Assembly (NCBI RefSeq): GCF_009914755.1
Contig: NC_060928.1
From: the human T2T-CHM13v2.0 reference genome, Homo sapiens
Direction: 5' to 3' (one strand)
DNA length: 64,000 bases
The position numbers and the translations under genes were made by a program. Positions 34,627 to 54,719 of the stretch are shown here, piece after piece. Within the stretch, counting starts at the first letter, position 1. Each line of letters begins with the position of its first letter. The notes under the pieces are model-generated. The model did no database searches. It saw only the letters and a program-made list of their open reading frames with translations, and was not told the origin of the DNA.

Positions 34627-35514
34627 TGATAGCATTATAAGGGTAGCATATGAAAAATCTCCTTTATAACATTTTATTTATTTATTTTTTATAGAGATGT
34701 TAGGGTCTCACTATGTTGCCCAGGGTGGTCTCAAACTCGTGAGCTCAAGCCATCCTCCCATCTCAGCCTCCCAAAGTACTGGGATTACAGGCATAAACCA
34801 CCATGCCAGGTCTGAAAAATCTTCTTAACCAGCTATAACGAGGTAAAACATCTCTTTAAAAATATCTTAAAAGACAATAAATGAGCTTGAAATGCTATAA
34901 GGAAATATAGCCTCACTTAATAAATATAACTCAAAGCCTCCAAGGATTAACCCAAGAAAGCAAATTTCAAGTAACTGAATTACCTACTACCACTGTGACG
35001 CTCACTTTGATTATCACTTCTACCCCCATACTGGGCCATAAAAGGGTTCTGCTCCTGTTTAACATTCTTGCTTTACTCCCCAGTCTAATCTCATCAGTTC
35101 TGAGGCTCCCTACCAATTCCTTCTGTTCTCACACGCTTTCACTCCAGCCTCATTCTCTGACCACCAGGCCCTGGCTCTGCCCCAGCAGCCATACTTCTGC
35201 CATGTGACATTGCTCTCTTTGGCTATAGCCGAATGATTGAATCAGCAAGGTGTACCTCATCTAAGCTGGGCCTATCATACCTGTTCTTTCCAGAATTTGG
35301 AACTGGGACCAACAGGCCATCTACAGTCTCTTAATGTCTCTGGAATTTTGTATGCTGGTAGTTGTGAGAGAATCACAGTCTGCCATATGGAAACTGAGAA
35401 GCAGGAAAAGCCCTTCTGCTGTGGCTTTGCCACAAGGAGACTCAGACATTAGAGAGCAGAGAGAAGTGTGTAGGTTCCTGGCAGCTTTCCGGACCCAGAT
35501 CATTCTAATGGCTG

Positions 35515-35650
35515 GGGGGAGTCCACCTCTTATAAGGCCTGAAACTTAATACAATTTGAGGGAGGCCCTCTTTTTTAAATAAATAGAAAATTATGGGTAC
35601 AAATAGAATATTTATTTAGAATGGGAAATAAATCACCAAAAATAACACTT
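35515..35650 (+). mobile_element. hAT-Blackjack/MER53-like terminal fragment
   Basis: GGCCTGAAACTTAATACAATTTGAGGGAGGCCCTC..GAATATTTATTTAGAATG. Confidence 0.55.
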
Positions 35651-35787
35651 TTTTTTTTTTTTTTTTTTTTTTTTTAGATATAGTCTTGCTCTGTACCCAG
35701 ATGGGAGTGCAGTGGTGCCATGGCTCACCTCAGCCCCAACTTCCTGGGCTCAAGTGATCCTCCCACCTCAGCCTCCCAAGAAGCTAG

Positions 35788-36068
<281 letters not shown>

Positions 36069-37931
36069 TGATCCGCCAGCCCCGGCCTCCCAAAGTGCTG
36101 GGATTACAGGCGTGAGCCACCGCGCCCGGCCTACTCTCCCTTTTTAGCATAGGCTACATCAAGTTGGTTTCCATTTTTTGCAAACCAAAGTGTCTCAAAC
36201 AAGGCTCTGTTATATTTTTCACAGATTACTGCATTAGCCCTGTAACAGGTAGGCTTAATTCTGTGTCCAATTCCAATTTGCTTTATATATGCTGTCCAGA
36301 TTAATCTTCCTAAAGCATAGATGTGATGATGTTACTACTCAGAATCTCTGAGTACAAACTCCTCATCCTGGCATTGAAGGCCTCTGTACAATAGCCCCAT
36401 GTCTATCTTTCCAGGCTTACTTCCCACCACTTTTCTTGGCGGAGTCTGGGCACCAGTCACAAATGGCTACAAACGGATCATGCCTGAACTTTCCCACCCA
36501 TATGCCTTTGCTCAGGATACTTCTTCTATACAAAATTCCCTCTCTTGTTCTGTCAGAGCTGCATATTCTTCAGGGTTCATCTCAAATATTATCTCCACCA
36601 TGAAGCTTTTATACATCCAAATATATCTCCACCATGAAGCTTTTCCTGATTTTCTGACACACCTCCCACCCTCCAAACTAAGTTTGATTTTTGCCCTCCT
36701 TTGATTCACTATAGCTTTTGGTTCTTACTTCATCCATGACACTGTAGTTTCTCTTTTTTTTTTTTTTCTTTTTTTTAAAGAGGGCCTCCTTAAATTGTAT
36801 TAGGTTTCAGGCCTTTTAAAAGTTGCATAACTGGCCGGGCGCGGTGGTTCACACCTGTAATCTCAGCACTTTGGGAGGCCAAGGCAGGCAAATCACGAGG
36901 TCAGGAGATCGAGACCATCCTGGATAACATGGTGAAACCCCGTCTCTATTAAAAATACAAAAAATTAGCCAGGCATGGTGGCAGGCGCCTATAGTCCCAG
37001 CTACTCGGGAGGCTGAGGCAGGAGAATGGCATGAACCCAGGAGACACAGCTTGCAGTGAGTGAGATCACAGCACTGCACCCCAGCTGGGCGACCGAGTAA
37101 GACTCCGTCTCAAAAAAAAAAAAAAGTTGCATAACCTTGGCCAAGTTATTTAATCACATATTTTTTTAATCTCCATTTATGCTTACAAAAAGGAACAACA
37201 ATAAGGCCAAACGAATAAGCTTGTTGTAAAGATTAAATTAATCTGTAAAATAATATTCTTACCTTCTAGGTTTTTAATGAAAACTAAATGAGTTAATATT
37301 TATTTTATTTATTTATTTAGTGATTTATCTGAGATGGAGTTTCATTCTTGTTGCCCAGGCTGGAGTGCCTCAGCCTCCCGAGTAGCTGGGATTACAGGCA
37401 CCCACCACCACGCCCAGCTAATTTTTTATATTTTTAGTAGAGACAGGGTTTCACCATGTTGGCCAGGCTGGTCTCAAACTCCTGATCTTAGGCGATCTGC
37501 CCACCTCAGCCTCCCAAAGTGCTGGGATTACAGGCGTGAGCCACTGTGCCTGGCCAAGTTAATATTTAAAAAGCACTTAGAATAGTGTCCTGGCTTATAT
37601 GGGTGCTCTATAAATATTAGCTATTATTACTTGTCCTATGTCCTCATCTATGAAATGGGGATAATAATAGTTCCTTTTTCATATACTTGTAAAGGATTGA
37701 CTGAGAATAACTTAGATCAGTTCCTATCACAAAGTAAATGCTCTATAAGGGTTGGTCATTATTATTAGGAAGGCCTCTATTGTGTCCTCTCTATTGCAAC
37801 TTTCCTGAGGACAGCAGCATTACTTTTTACAACTTTGTGTCCAGCAGTGACTCAAATAATGTCTGGTACATAGGAGTAACTCAAAAATGTGTTGTAGGCC
37901 ACATGGATAGCTGGCACTGGGCTGGTGGTGA

Positions 37932-38224
<293 letters not shown>

Positions 38225-38454
38225 TAGAAGATGCAAGCTGGAAAAAGGAAGATTCCAATTTGTGTTTTGAACTCTTGGTGGTACAGCAAATGTAAATCTC
38301 TTACAGATGGATCTGGGAACCCACTTGTCCAAAGAGCTGCCCAGCGTTCCCTGCTAGAGGTTTGTGTGTCCTCTCATTCAGGTAATCCCACCATCCTCTG
38401 CGAGAGAGCCAGAAGAATCCACCTCACTTCAAAAGAGCCTCCAAATCATTGCTA

Positions 38455-39134
<680 letters not shown>

Positions 39135-39748
39135 TGAGCCACCACGCCCAGCCCATACTCTTTTAAATTAAAAGACTTCTTTTTGGCCAGGCATGGTGGC
39201 TCACGCCTGTAATCCCAGCACTTTGGGAGGCTGAGGCGGGTAAATCATGAGGTCAGGAGATCAAGACCATCCTGGCTAACACAGTGAAACCCCGTCTCTA
39301 CTAAAAATACAAAAAATTAGCTGGGTGTGGTGGTGGGTGCCTGTAGTCCCAGCTACTCAGGAGACTGAGGCAGGAGAATGGTGTGAACCCAGGAGGCGGA
39401 GCTTGCAGTGAGCCAAGATTGCACCACTGCACTCCAGCCTGGGTGACAGAGCGAGATTCTGTCTCAAAAAAAAAAAAAAAAAAAAAAGACTTCTTTTTAT
39501 ATTTAAAAAAAATTATTGTAAAATCACCTTTCTCCACCCAAATATTGAAATGCATTGATTTTAACTTTTACAAGTTCATAAAGAAATGAAATGTATATTC
39601 ATGGATACCTGAGTGACTTTTCTATCAATTCTTTTTTTGGACACAGGATCTCCGTCTGTTCCCCAGGCTGGAGTACAGTGGTACGATCATGGCTCACTGC
39701 AGCCTTGACCTCCCGGGCCCAAGTGATCCTCCCACTTCAGCCTCCTGA

Positions 39749-39931
<183 letters not shown>

Positions 39932-39934
39932 TAA

Positions 39935-40680
39935 TGTAAACCAAAAAGTGTCTGAGACAGATCTCAATTGATTTAGAGGTTTATTCTGCCAGGGTTGAGA
40001 ATGTTCCTGGGAAGAAGAAACAGAAGTTCAGTAGTATTCGTGGCCTGTGCTTTTTCCAAAGAGGGTTTTGAGAACTTCAGTATTTAATGGGGAAAAAGTG
40101 AGCAGGAGGGGAAGAAGGGAAAAAAGTGGAAAGGGCAGACAATGAGGTGACTCTTCATATTCTTGTAAGGCTTTGAATAGCGCTCACTGAATCCATGTTT
40201 TACACGTAAAAGGAGGGAGTAGAGGAACAGTCAATTATGCATTCATCTCTGCTCAGTAAATCTACATTTTACATAACATAAACAGAGTAGAGGAAGAAGC
40301 CAAATATGCATTTGTCTCAGGGTAGGCAGTGGGATGATTTCTAGTCTTGTCTTTGTGCTGTACCTATGAAGATAAGCTGTTAATTTACATTGTCAGGGTG
40401 AGACTTAACAGAGCTCTGTTTTAGGGTTAGTTTGTAGGGGAGGTACGTATTCTGAAAGATTTTGGGGCCCACAAGGAATTTCCTTGGAAGCAATTGGTGA
40501 GGGAGTCCTCCTGGGGACATATGTGACCTTCTATCTGTGGTGGGAACAAAAAGGAAGGCAGGTTTTTATGTTGTTGTCGTTGTTATTGCTGTTGTTGTTT
40601 TGCATAACTAAGTTCTCAAGCTTAACATTCCTTTTGGCATAGAGAATTTGGGAGAGCCAAGATTTTATTTCCCTTTCATA
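39935..40680 (-). mobile_element. MER4-family solo LTR
   Basis: Plus strand TGTAAACCAAAAAGTGTCTGAGACAGATCTCAAT...CAAGATTTTATTTCCCTTTCATA; flanks ctaa/ctat. Confidence 0.75.
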
Positions 40681-40799
40681 CTATCTAAAATTTAAGGTTG
40701 TCAAACAAAAATACAAATTTTGTCCTTTCTTATCTGAAGATATATTTTTTTAAAAAAAATAAGGTTAGTCTTTTTTCTCATTATAAAAGTAACATATGG

Positions 40800-41516
<717 letters not shown>

Positions 41517-41524
41517 TAAAATCA

Positions 41525-41698
<174 letters not shown>

Positions 41699-41802
41699 CT
41701 AGCCTCCCTAATGCAGAGATCACTCACAATAGTATCCCAGTGTGAAGAGTGTATATTGAAAATTAATTAGTGATGAAGGTAATAGAACTGTGATTGCACC
41801 TT

Positions 41803-42828
<1,026 letters not shown>

Positions 42829-42965
42829 CTTTTAGGGGAAAAAAAGAAAAAAGGAGGAAGATTTTTCACTTTACCCGTTGAATTATCAGGATTCTTACTG
42901 GCATGTGACAAAAATTAGTTTGAGCCAGCTTAGTCAAAGATGTAAATTTATTGGCTCACATAACC

Positions 42966-43432
42966 TGACAAAGATTATTTATTTGACCAATCCTCAAACT
43001 CCTGGACCTTCTCCTAGGCTCATCTGTGTACTTCCTTATGAAATCTAGTTTTAGCAAGAACTGTGCTAAGTCTGTTAAGCAAGAACCCCCCACCCTGGAT
43101 ATCTGATACTTCTATATCATATTGGGTTCCTCATCTTTCAGCATCCTGCAAGGGATGTCTGATCACCCTGGTCTGTCTTCAGCAAGAATCCTGTTAGGTC
43201 AGTTTAGCCAAAATCCCCCTTGCCCTTGATGTTTCCTCTTAGTGATTTTCAACCCACTGACCCCCGCCCTTCTCCTTGGCTATAAATTTCTACTTGTCCT
43301 TGCTGTACTGGAAGTTGAATTCAATCTCTGTACCCTACTGAAAAATCGCATTGCAGTAGTCCCTACATGTAGGGTGATGGTTTGAATAAAGTCTGCCTTT
43401 AACAAGAGTCATTGAATTTTTTTTACTTTAAA
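42966..43432 (+). mobile_element. MER31/MER67-like ERV1 LTR
   Basis: TGACAAAGA...TTTTAGCAAGAA...CTTGGCTATAAAT...AATAAAGTC. Confidence 0.65.
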
Positions 43433-43534
43433 GAACCAAACAGCCTGGATGCGGTGGCTCATGCCTGTAATCCCAACACTGGGAGGCCGAGGCGGGCAGA
43501 TCACGAGGTCAGGAGATTGAGACCATCCTGGCTA

Positions 43535-43789
<255 letters not shown>

Positions 43790-43991
43790 TCACTGTACTC
43801 CAGCCTGGGTGACAGAGTTGAGACCGTGTCTCTAAAAAGAAAAAAAACAAACCAAACCACGGGACAGGCAAGGACAACTGTAATAAAACCTTTCATTTTC
43901 AGGTTGCTCCCTCCGCATTGTTCTCTGCTTCTCTTGATAGCTTCAGTTTTTTCTCTCAACCTAGCTTGCTACATAAGAGATGTTAAGCCTT

Positions 43992-44108
43992 GGCTGGTCC
44001 AAAGCTGGTGAGTTATTAATATCTCAACTGATTGTTCAGAGGCAGTTATAGATCGAACTTCTTGTTCTCCTCTCTCCCTCCTTCTCACTACTACACTTGA
44101 CTAGTCTT
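43992..44108 (+). pseudogene. Y1 RNA (RNY1) retropseudogene
   Basis: GGCTGGTCC..TGAGTTAT..CTCAA.TGATTGTTCA...AGATCGAACT.CTTGTTCT...CTTCTCACTACT.CACTTGACTAGTCTT matches hY1. Target-site duplication AAGAGATGTTA at 43975-43985 and 44119-44129. Confidence 0.92.
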
Positions 44109-46212
44109 GAAGTTTAAAAAGAGATGTTACAGTCCTCAGACCCACATCCTCACATGGACCTTGTGGATAGAGTGAGAGTGGATCAATTCTCAACAAAAAC
44201 AGGAGTGCTGTTTCTAGAAGAAAAGAAAAATGTAGAGAGGGAAAAAAATGTTCAATAAAGTTTGTTCCTTGGCTGCACACCGCCCTCCGCCATCACCCAC
44301 ACTCATAGACATACGCTTTATCCCATACATACAGTTTCAAAACTTCCTTGTCTAGCCACTATGTGGCCACCCGTATTCTTGTCCCAGCTCCAGAATCTTT
44401 ATGTCAAGTCAATTCATGGTCAGGATGGATGAATTTCCTTACTTCATTACAACCTACAAATAAACAATAAATCTGAATATTCTCAATGCACCAACATATA
44501 CAATGGTGGAGAAAAAAATAAGCATTACTTCAAAAGGAATGTCCAAAAGGGGAAAATGGAAAACTACACTGAGAGCGTAGACCACTTCTTTCTGGAGAGG
44601 GATAGCATGTATTTTGTAGACTCACTTAAACCATTCAACCTTGGAGAGAGTTTTGTAGAGGATACAATGAAGGTTCTAAATGTCTACAGATATCCTAGTT
44701 CAATGGGAAGAATCACAAATTTATAGATAGGTTACAGTTGCTGCAGTTTACGTATGGTGACTTTTTGAGCCCCAAACTTTTCAGAGACTGCTTGGACATT
44801 ACTGAATCCAGTGGCATTTAAATTAAGTGGAGATTAGAAAAGCAAAGGAAAAAAGTGAAGGAAAGAAGAAAGGAAGAAAAGATGGGCCCAAAAAAAGGAA
44901 ACAATGACTTGTTATCTTTTACAATGATGGGCATCTTAACTTGACTTTTTTAACAACACATTATTTTATTGTATGCAAGATTTTAGGCAGATTGAAGTAC
45001 AGGGCAAATAAACTTCTATTTTATTTATTTATTTATTTATTTTTAAAATTTCCTTTGTTCAAATGGAGTCTCAGTCTGTTGCCCAGGCTGCTCTGGAACC
45101 CCTAGGCTCAAACAATCCTCAGCCTTGCGAAGTGCTGGGATTATAAGCATGAGCCACTGCATCCGGCCTAAAGAAACTTCTAAAAGAAAAATAGGAAATC
45201 CTTCTTTTTATCAAGGAAATTCCTTCGTGTTCTTTCTTTATTTTTATGAAGTAACAAATTTAAAAAATTGTTGGTCAGTATGAATATTGACCAAAAAAAA
45301 GCAAATCCATGAAATAGCTATTATCAAAAGAGCATCTTGAAAAAAAAGAGATATGTTAAGGTGGCAGCAGAGGCAAGCAGATGAACAGTACAGTCAATTA
45401 TTTCTTTCTAGATTGACCCCTTTGGTTTTTAGATGTAAGTTCAATGAGTTCATTTCAAGCCAGAGCAACCAGCTGAAGGGGTGCTGGACCATATTTAACC
45501 CAGAGATTCCTGCTATTAGAGAAGTATCTGTCCAAACTAAAGGATTAGGGTGGAGGGAGGGGAATGGAAACAAGCATGTTGAGTAATTTCTTATTTAGAA
45601 TGTTAGGGTCAATGGATTCATAAATCATAGCATCCTGCATAGAGCATCATGAGATGGCAAAACTTACTACATACAATTCAAAAATGTTAAAATTTTATGA
45701 AAGTTAAGTTTATACAACTCAGAAAATATGTTGTTTTTCAAATAAAGTTGACTACTACATTATTCACATATAATTCATTCAATTTGGCCAGGCACATTGG
45801 CTCACACCTGTAATCCTAGCACTGTGGGAGGCTGAGACAGGCAGATCACCTGAGGTCAGGGGTTTGAGACCAGCCTGGCCAACATGGCAAAACCCTGTCT
45901 CTACTAAAAACACAAATATTAGCTGGGTGTGGTGGTGGGCACCTGTAATCCTAGCTACTCAGGAGGCTGAGGCGGGGGAATCACTGGAACCCAGGAGGCA
46001 GCGGTAGCAGTGAGCTGAGATTGTGCACTGCACTCCAGCCTGGGTGACAGAGTGAGACTCCATCTCAAAAAATAATAATAATTCATTCAATTCTAAGCAT
46101 AAAATTGTAGTTAAAATTAAAAATAGAATTGGATTTATAAAAAAAAAAAGGTCAACCGGATTATTGGTGCCAAATTTTAAAACTCTGACTATTGTAGCCT
46201 CATTTGTATTTA

Positions 46213-47810
<1,598 letters not shown>

Positions 47811-48379
47811 ACTGTAGCAGTTAAAAGAAAAATTGCAACATTATGTTGATCTGTATGGAAAAATGTGCATAATAGCATTGTCACTATAAAATATAATTTC
47901 AATATTTACAAAAGTAATGTAAATCACTTAAAATTTTTTTCCTGTACTTCTGTTTTAAGGCTATAAAACAACTGCTATTCCTCAGACACCAGCCTCTCAG
48001 ATTTTTACCCTTAGTGCTTTTGAATATTGTCTTTGCAATTACTAAAGACAGTGTGCAAATGACTTCCCTGATCCCCAGATACATATATCAAAAGTAGTTT
48101 AATGATTTTGTTGAAAATGAAAATAAAATTACTTTCACATTGAAACTTTCCTTTCTTATTCTTATATCCAAAGGTGGGTGGCTGGGGAAGGAATCTGTAA
48201 ACATTTGGAGTGAAAAGGATATTCAGTAATTTTAGTAACTGTTAATAAATTATTTTAAAAGTTAACATAGAATTGGGCTTATTTAAATTAGATGGCTGTG
48301 CATTTTAGACACATTATTAAATTTGCCGCTTAACTGATTGGTTGCGTATTTTTCCATGACCAAAAAATACGTTCTGGAT

Positions 48380-49008
<629 letters not shown>

Positions 49009-49648
49009 GCTCTGAACAGGCTTTCTTACAGCAGGAAGAGCTTAGCCCTTGTTCAAATGTCCTGCAGTGGGGAAGAGTGTGGGCAGTTCTCTTGGAGAAG
49101 GAAAATCTCAGATGTAAAAATCAAGAAATTATTCTTACAGTGGGATATTGAAATATTTGTTTTGAACTGTATGACCCTAAAATTTGCTCTATCATGTTAT
49201 GAAGTTTTACTTTATTGATTTAACCAGGAAAAACTAAATTCCTGACCCTCCTCCCAATAATTTACCTACAATATTTGAAAAGTAATTTTCCAATGTAGAA
49301 AAAAAGCATAAACTATGATATTTTTCCTTCTAGAATAGAATTTTATAAAATTTATTGAAAGACTTTCATGTTAAAAAAATTAAAATGGAAGGAAATGTCA
49401 GTAAGACAAAAACTATTTGCTTCTTCATAGTCCAGCCTTTTTGTCCATTTCTTTAGAAAATGAAACACAGAGCTGGGCACAGTGGCTCATGCCTGTAATC
49501 CCAGCACTTTGGGGAGGCCAAGGCAGGTGGATCACTTGAGGTCAGGAGTTCCAGAGCAGCCTGGCCAACACGGTGAAACCCCGTCTCTACTAAAAAATAC
49601 AAAAATTAGCCGGAGGTGGTGATGCATGCCTGTAATCCCAGCTACTCA

Positions 49649-49807
<159 letters not shown>

Positions 49808-50307
49808 TTACTTCTTTCCTTTGTTTACACTTGGCACTTATATTTAGTATGCAGTCTACCTCTTTCAGTCCTCTCAAGTCCACCCCTCCTTTGCAACATC
49901 ATTCACAAATTCTACCTTATGCACCAAATCCCAGTTGCTTTCCAGCATGGAAAGAGAAATCACACAAATATTCACTTCCTTCCTGACTTACAGTTTTCCT
50001 TTTCAAATTGCAATTGGGTTTCATTATAAATTCTCATCCACCAATTGTCCCTCTATCCTTCTGCTTCAGTTTTCTCCCTCTCCCTCCCCTTCATGCCATC
50101 TTCTCTCTCCCTCTCCCCTCCCTCTGGTGAGCATGGTGTTTGAAGCTCTCTGACTTGGTGCCCCTCTTCTGTTTAAATCTTTCAGTACACACCTAGGCAA
50201 GTTATTCTCAAGCAGCCTGAAATAGCTTTAAACTGTTGGGAACAAACCTAGTAGAATTCAAAAGGACTTCATTTGTATTACCCTGACAACAGCATGTCTG
50301 AAAATTA

Positions 50308-50652
<345 letters not shown>

Positions 50653-51267
50653 CTAATATTTCTGATTTAGTGACTGTCAACAGTCTTTTATAGGTCAACA
50701 AAACCAAGTTTGCTTGCTTTCTCCTGAAACAGGGTATACTACCTATCTTGTTACACCAATGTTGAAATTTTTTAAAGTTGTTCTGACAAGAGAATGCTTG
50801 TTTAAATTTGTACCATGTCTTTTTGATGACACTCCCATTGCCTCCTCTCTTTATTTGCTGCAGTGGTGGAGGGGAACAGAGGAAAACATATTTCCTTCTA
50901 ATCGGACTATAACTGGGTGGGAAGGGGTAAAAATGCTAGTTCAGAAGCATGTGGGGCAGAGACACTCATAAAATAGAGAACGGAAGTGCTGTCAAGGACA
51001 CACTGTGAATGGCCACTCAGAGTTCCTTCCTCAGCATGCCTTTGACTTCACTTCTGTCCTCCATGACCCAAACTCAAATGGACAAAGCAGACTCCCAGAA
51101 CTGACAATCCGCACTGTGAGAAGTGAAGGTAAATTAGTCATCACTTTACAGGTTTCAGTTTGTAAAGTGTCCTTGACACTTGACCAAATTTAACTATGTT
51201 GTCAACAGTGGAACCAAGGTGTCTTGGTTATGTCTTATACCCAAAAAGTGGTAATTCCTATAGATAA

Positions 51268-51735
51268 TGTCAACCTAAATATATAAACAGAGAGAGGCTC
51301 TCTAAAAGAAAATATTTATTCAGGAATAGGACATTGCAGTGGGAATATGCATGCCATAGTAAACAATATGCATATTCATGGAAAGTAAAGTGTATTAGGG
51401 TTCTCCAGACGGGCAGAACCAATAGGATATATGTATGTAAAAACAGGAGTTTATTAGGGAGAATTGGCTCACACAATTAAAAGGCAAAGTCCCACAATAG
51501 GCCACAATAGGCCCTCTGTAAGCTGGGGAAAGAGAAAAGCTGGTAATGTGGCTCAGTCCAAGTCTGAAAGCCTCAAAACTAGGGAAGCCAAGAGTGCAGC
51601 TCTCAGGCTGAGGCCAAAGGCCCAAGAGCCCCTGAACGCCACTGGTGCAAGTCCCAGAGTCTAAAGGCGAAGATCCTGGAGTCTGATGTCCAAAGGCAGG
51701 AGGAAAGGAAGCAAGTATCTGGCATGCGAAAGGAG

Positions 51736-51769
<34 letters not shown>

Positions 51770-52382
51770 CAGCAAGCTGAACATCCCTTCTCCCGCCTGC
51801 TTTGCTCTAGCCGCGCTGGCAGCAGATTGGATGGTGCCCACCCACATTGAGGGTGGGTGGGTGGGTGTGCATCACCCTCTCACAGTCCACTGACTCACAT
51901 GTCAATCTCCTCTGAAAACACCCTTCAGAAATAATGCTTCACCAGCCATCTAGGCATCTCTCAATCCAGTCAAGTTGACACCTAATATTAACCATCACAT
52001 AAAGAAAGACAAAGGTTTTTAAAGAAAACATGAGAAGGATTACATAATTGTTTTGAGATAATTATCCTTGGCTACAAAGATGAATAACAAGGGTGACGTC
52101 AATCCAAGGTTGGACAGGCAGTTGCTGAGCAGATGTCCTCACAGAACATCTGCATGATGGCCTTTGTGCAAGATTGTGGTTTTTGCAGAGTCTTTTGTAA
52201 TAGTTTCTGTCATCCAGCATTTATTCATGAGAAAACACTTCCTTCACGGCCTTCCCTAGCGCTATTTGTCAGGGTTTGGTTTTTTGGGTTTTTTTTTTGT
52301 TTTTTTTTTTTTTTTGGTTGTTGTTGTTTTCTTTCTTTCTTTTAACAAAAGTGACTCCATTTTGATTCTGACAGTTTTCACA
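51268..52382 (-). mobile_element. Solo ERV1 LTR of the same family as 12510-13615, interrupted by an MLT2
   Basis: Plus strand TGTCAACCTAAAT...GTGACTCCATTTTGATTCTGACAGTTTTCACA is the reverse complement of the same LTR type. Confidence 0.75.
51391..51999 (-). mobile_element. MLT2 (HERV-L) solo LTR
   Basis: TGTATTAGGGTTCTCCAGA...ATTAACCATCACA with a perfect 5-bp target-site duplication TAAAG (51386-51390, 52000-52004). Confidence 0.88.
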
Positions 52383-53124
52383 ATAGGATTCTCATGGTTA
52401 AGAGATAAGTTTGCTTTCTTTTTTTTTTTTTAACAGAGTCTCACTTTGTCACACAGTAGCATGATCAGGGCTCACTGCAGCTTTGCTTCCACCTTCTGGG
52501 CTCAAGCAATCCTCCATCCTCAACCTCCCAAGTAGCTGGGACTACAGGGGTGCACCATCATACTTGGTTTTTTTTTTTTTTTTTTTTTTTTTTGGTAGAG
52601 ACAAGGTCCCACTATGTTGCCCAGGCTTGTCTTGAACTACTGTCCTCAAGCAATCTTCCTGCTTCATCCTCCAAAAGTGTCGGGAGCTCTACCACTGTGA
52701 AAGTAGTTAAGTATAGTACATAATGGTTAACATCATTTTAGCAATCTTAAAGTGTATATTTTGGTAAAAGCCACAATTTCATAAGAAAGCAGTCAGGCAT
52801 AGTGGCTCACACCTGTAAATCCAGCACTTTGGGAGGCTGAGGCAGGAAGATCACTTGAGCCCAGTAGTTCAAGACCAGCCTGGGCAACACAGTGAGACTC
52901 TCTCTCTACAAAAAAATTTTTAAAAAATTAGCCAGGCACAGTGGCTCAAGCTTGTGGTCCCAGCTACTTGGGAGGCTGAAGTGGAAGGATTATTTGAGCC
53001 CAAGAGATCAAGGTTGCAGTGAGCCATGATCCCATCATTGCCCTCCAGCCTGGGGAACAGAGCAAGACCCAGTCTCAAAAAATAAAATAAAATAAATATA
53101 AATGTAAATAATTTAAATGTTTTA

Positions 53125-53570
53125 AATTGTGGTAAAAAAAAAAGATAATATAAAATTTACCATCCTAACCACTTTAAGTGTTAATCAGTTCAGTAGGGCT
53201 AAGTAGGTTCACACTGTTGTACAACAGATATTCAGAACTTATTTAACTTACGAAACTGAAACTCTATACCCATTAAACAGTAACTCCCCATTCCCTCCTC
53301 CCCCCAGCCTCTGGCAGCCACCCTCTACTTTCTGCGTCTATGAATTTTACTACTCTATATACCTCATATAAGTGGAATCATACACCAATTGTCTTTTTGT
53401 AACTGGCTTATTTTTCCTAGCATAGTGTCCTCAAGACTTATCCATGTTGTAACATGTGACATAATTTTCTCCCTTTTGAAGGCTGAATAATATTCCATTG
53501 TATATATATATACCACATTTTATTTATCCATTCATCCATTAATGCACATTGGGGTTGCTTTCACCTGGTC
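53125..53570 (-). mobile_element. L1M 3' UTR fragment
   Basis: ATAAAATTTACCATC..CTGAAACTCTATACCCATTAAACA..ACCTCATATAAGTGGAATCATAC..GGCTGAATAATATTCCATTGT. Confidence 0.8.
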
Positions 53571-53577
53571 TATGTAA

Positions 53578-53826
<249 letters not shown>

Positions 53827-54463
53827 TGAGCTCAAGCAATCTGCCCACCTCTGGCTTTCCAAAGTGCTGGGATTACAGGCGTGAGGTACCACGCCTGCCT
53901 GGCTGTAAAATTTTTTGTTATAGCAATATTATTAGTGTGTTCTGAATTAGCTAGCTTGTTTAAGATTGAAGGAACACACACATGGGTTATCATCAATGAC
54001 AGAGTGTATTGCAAGGATATATAAGGATTTGGGGTTTCAAGAAAGGCAGGTAGCTCTGGAAATTGCCTCATCCAGCTGCATTATATTTCATGAGATTGTG
54101 CAAAAGGTACTACAGGAACCAGGATCTTTATTCATAACAGCAATCTTATCTAAAACTATTCATCTTCTTCTTGGTATATCTAGTATTTATATTTCCCAAA
54201 AGAGATGTTTTATTTGAGTGGACTTGTCATCATTTATTGCAGAGTATCATCCTTGGACAAGAGTGCCTGCCAGAGTGCTGCAAAGCCAGCTGGCCCTCAT
54301 CATGCTTTATGCTACTGCCTTCAGCCTGTGCTTCAGTCCTTAATCCCATTTGCTGTGACTAGGAGAGTGGGGATGGTTTTTCTTTTTTTCTTTTCTTTCT
54401 TTTTTTTTTTTTTTTGAGACATGAGTTTCACTCTGTTGCCCAGGCTGGAGTGCAATGGCATGA

Positions 54464-54719
<256 letters not shown>

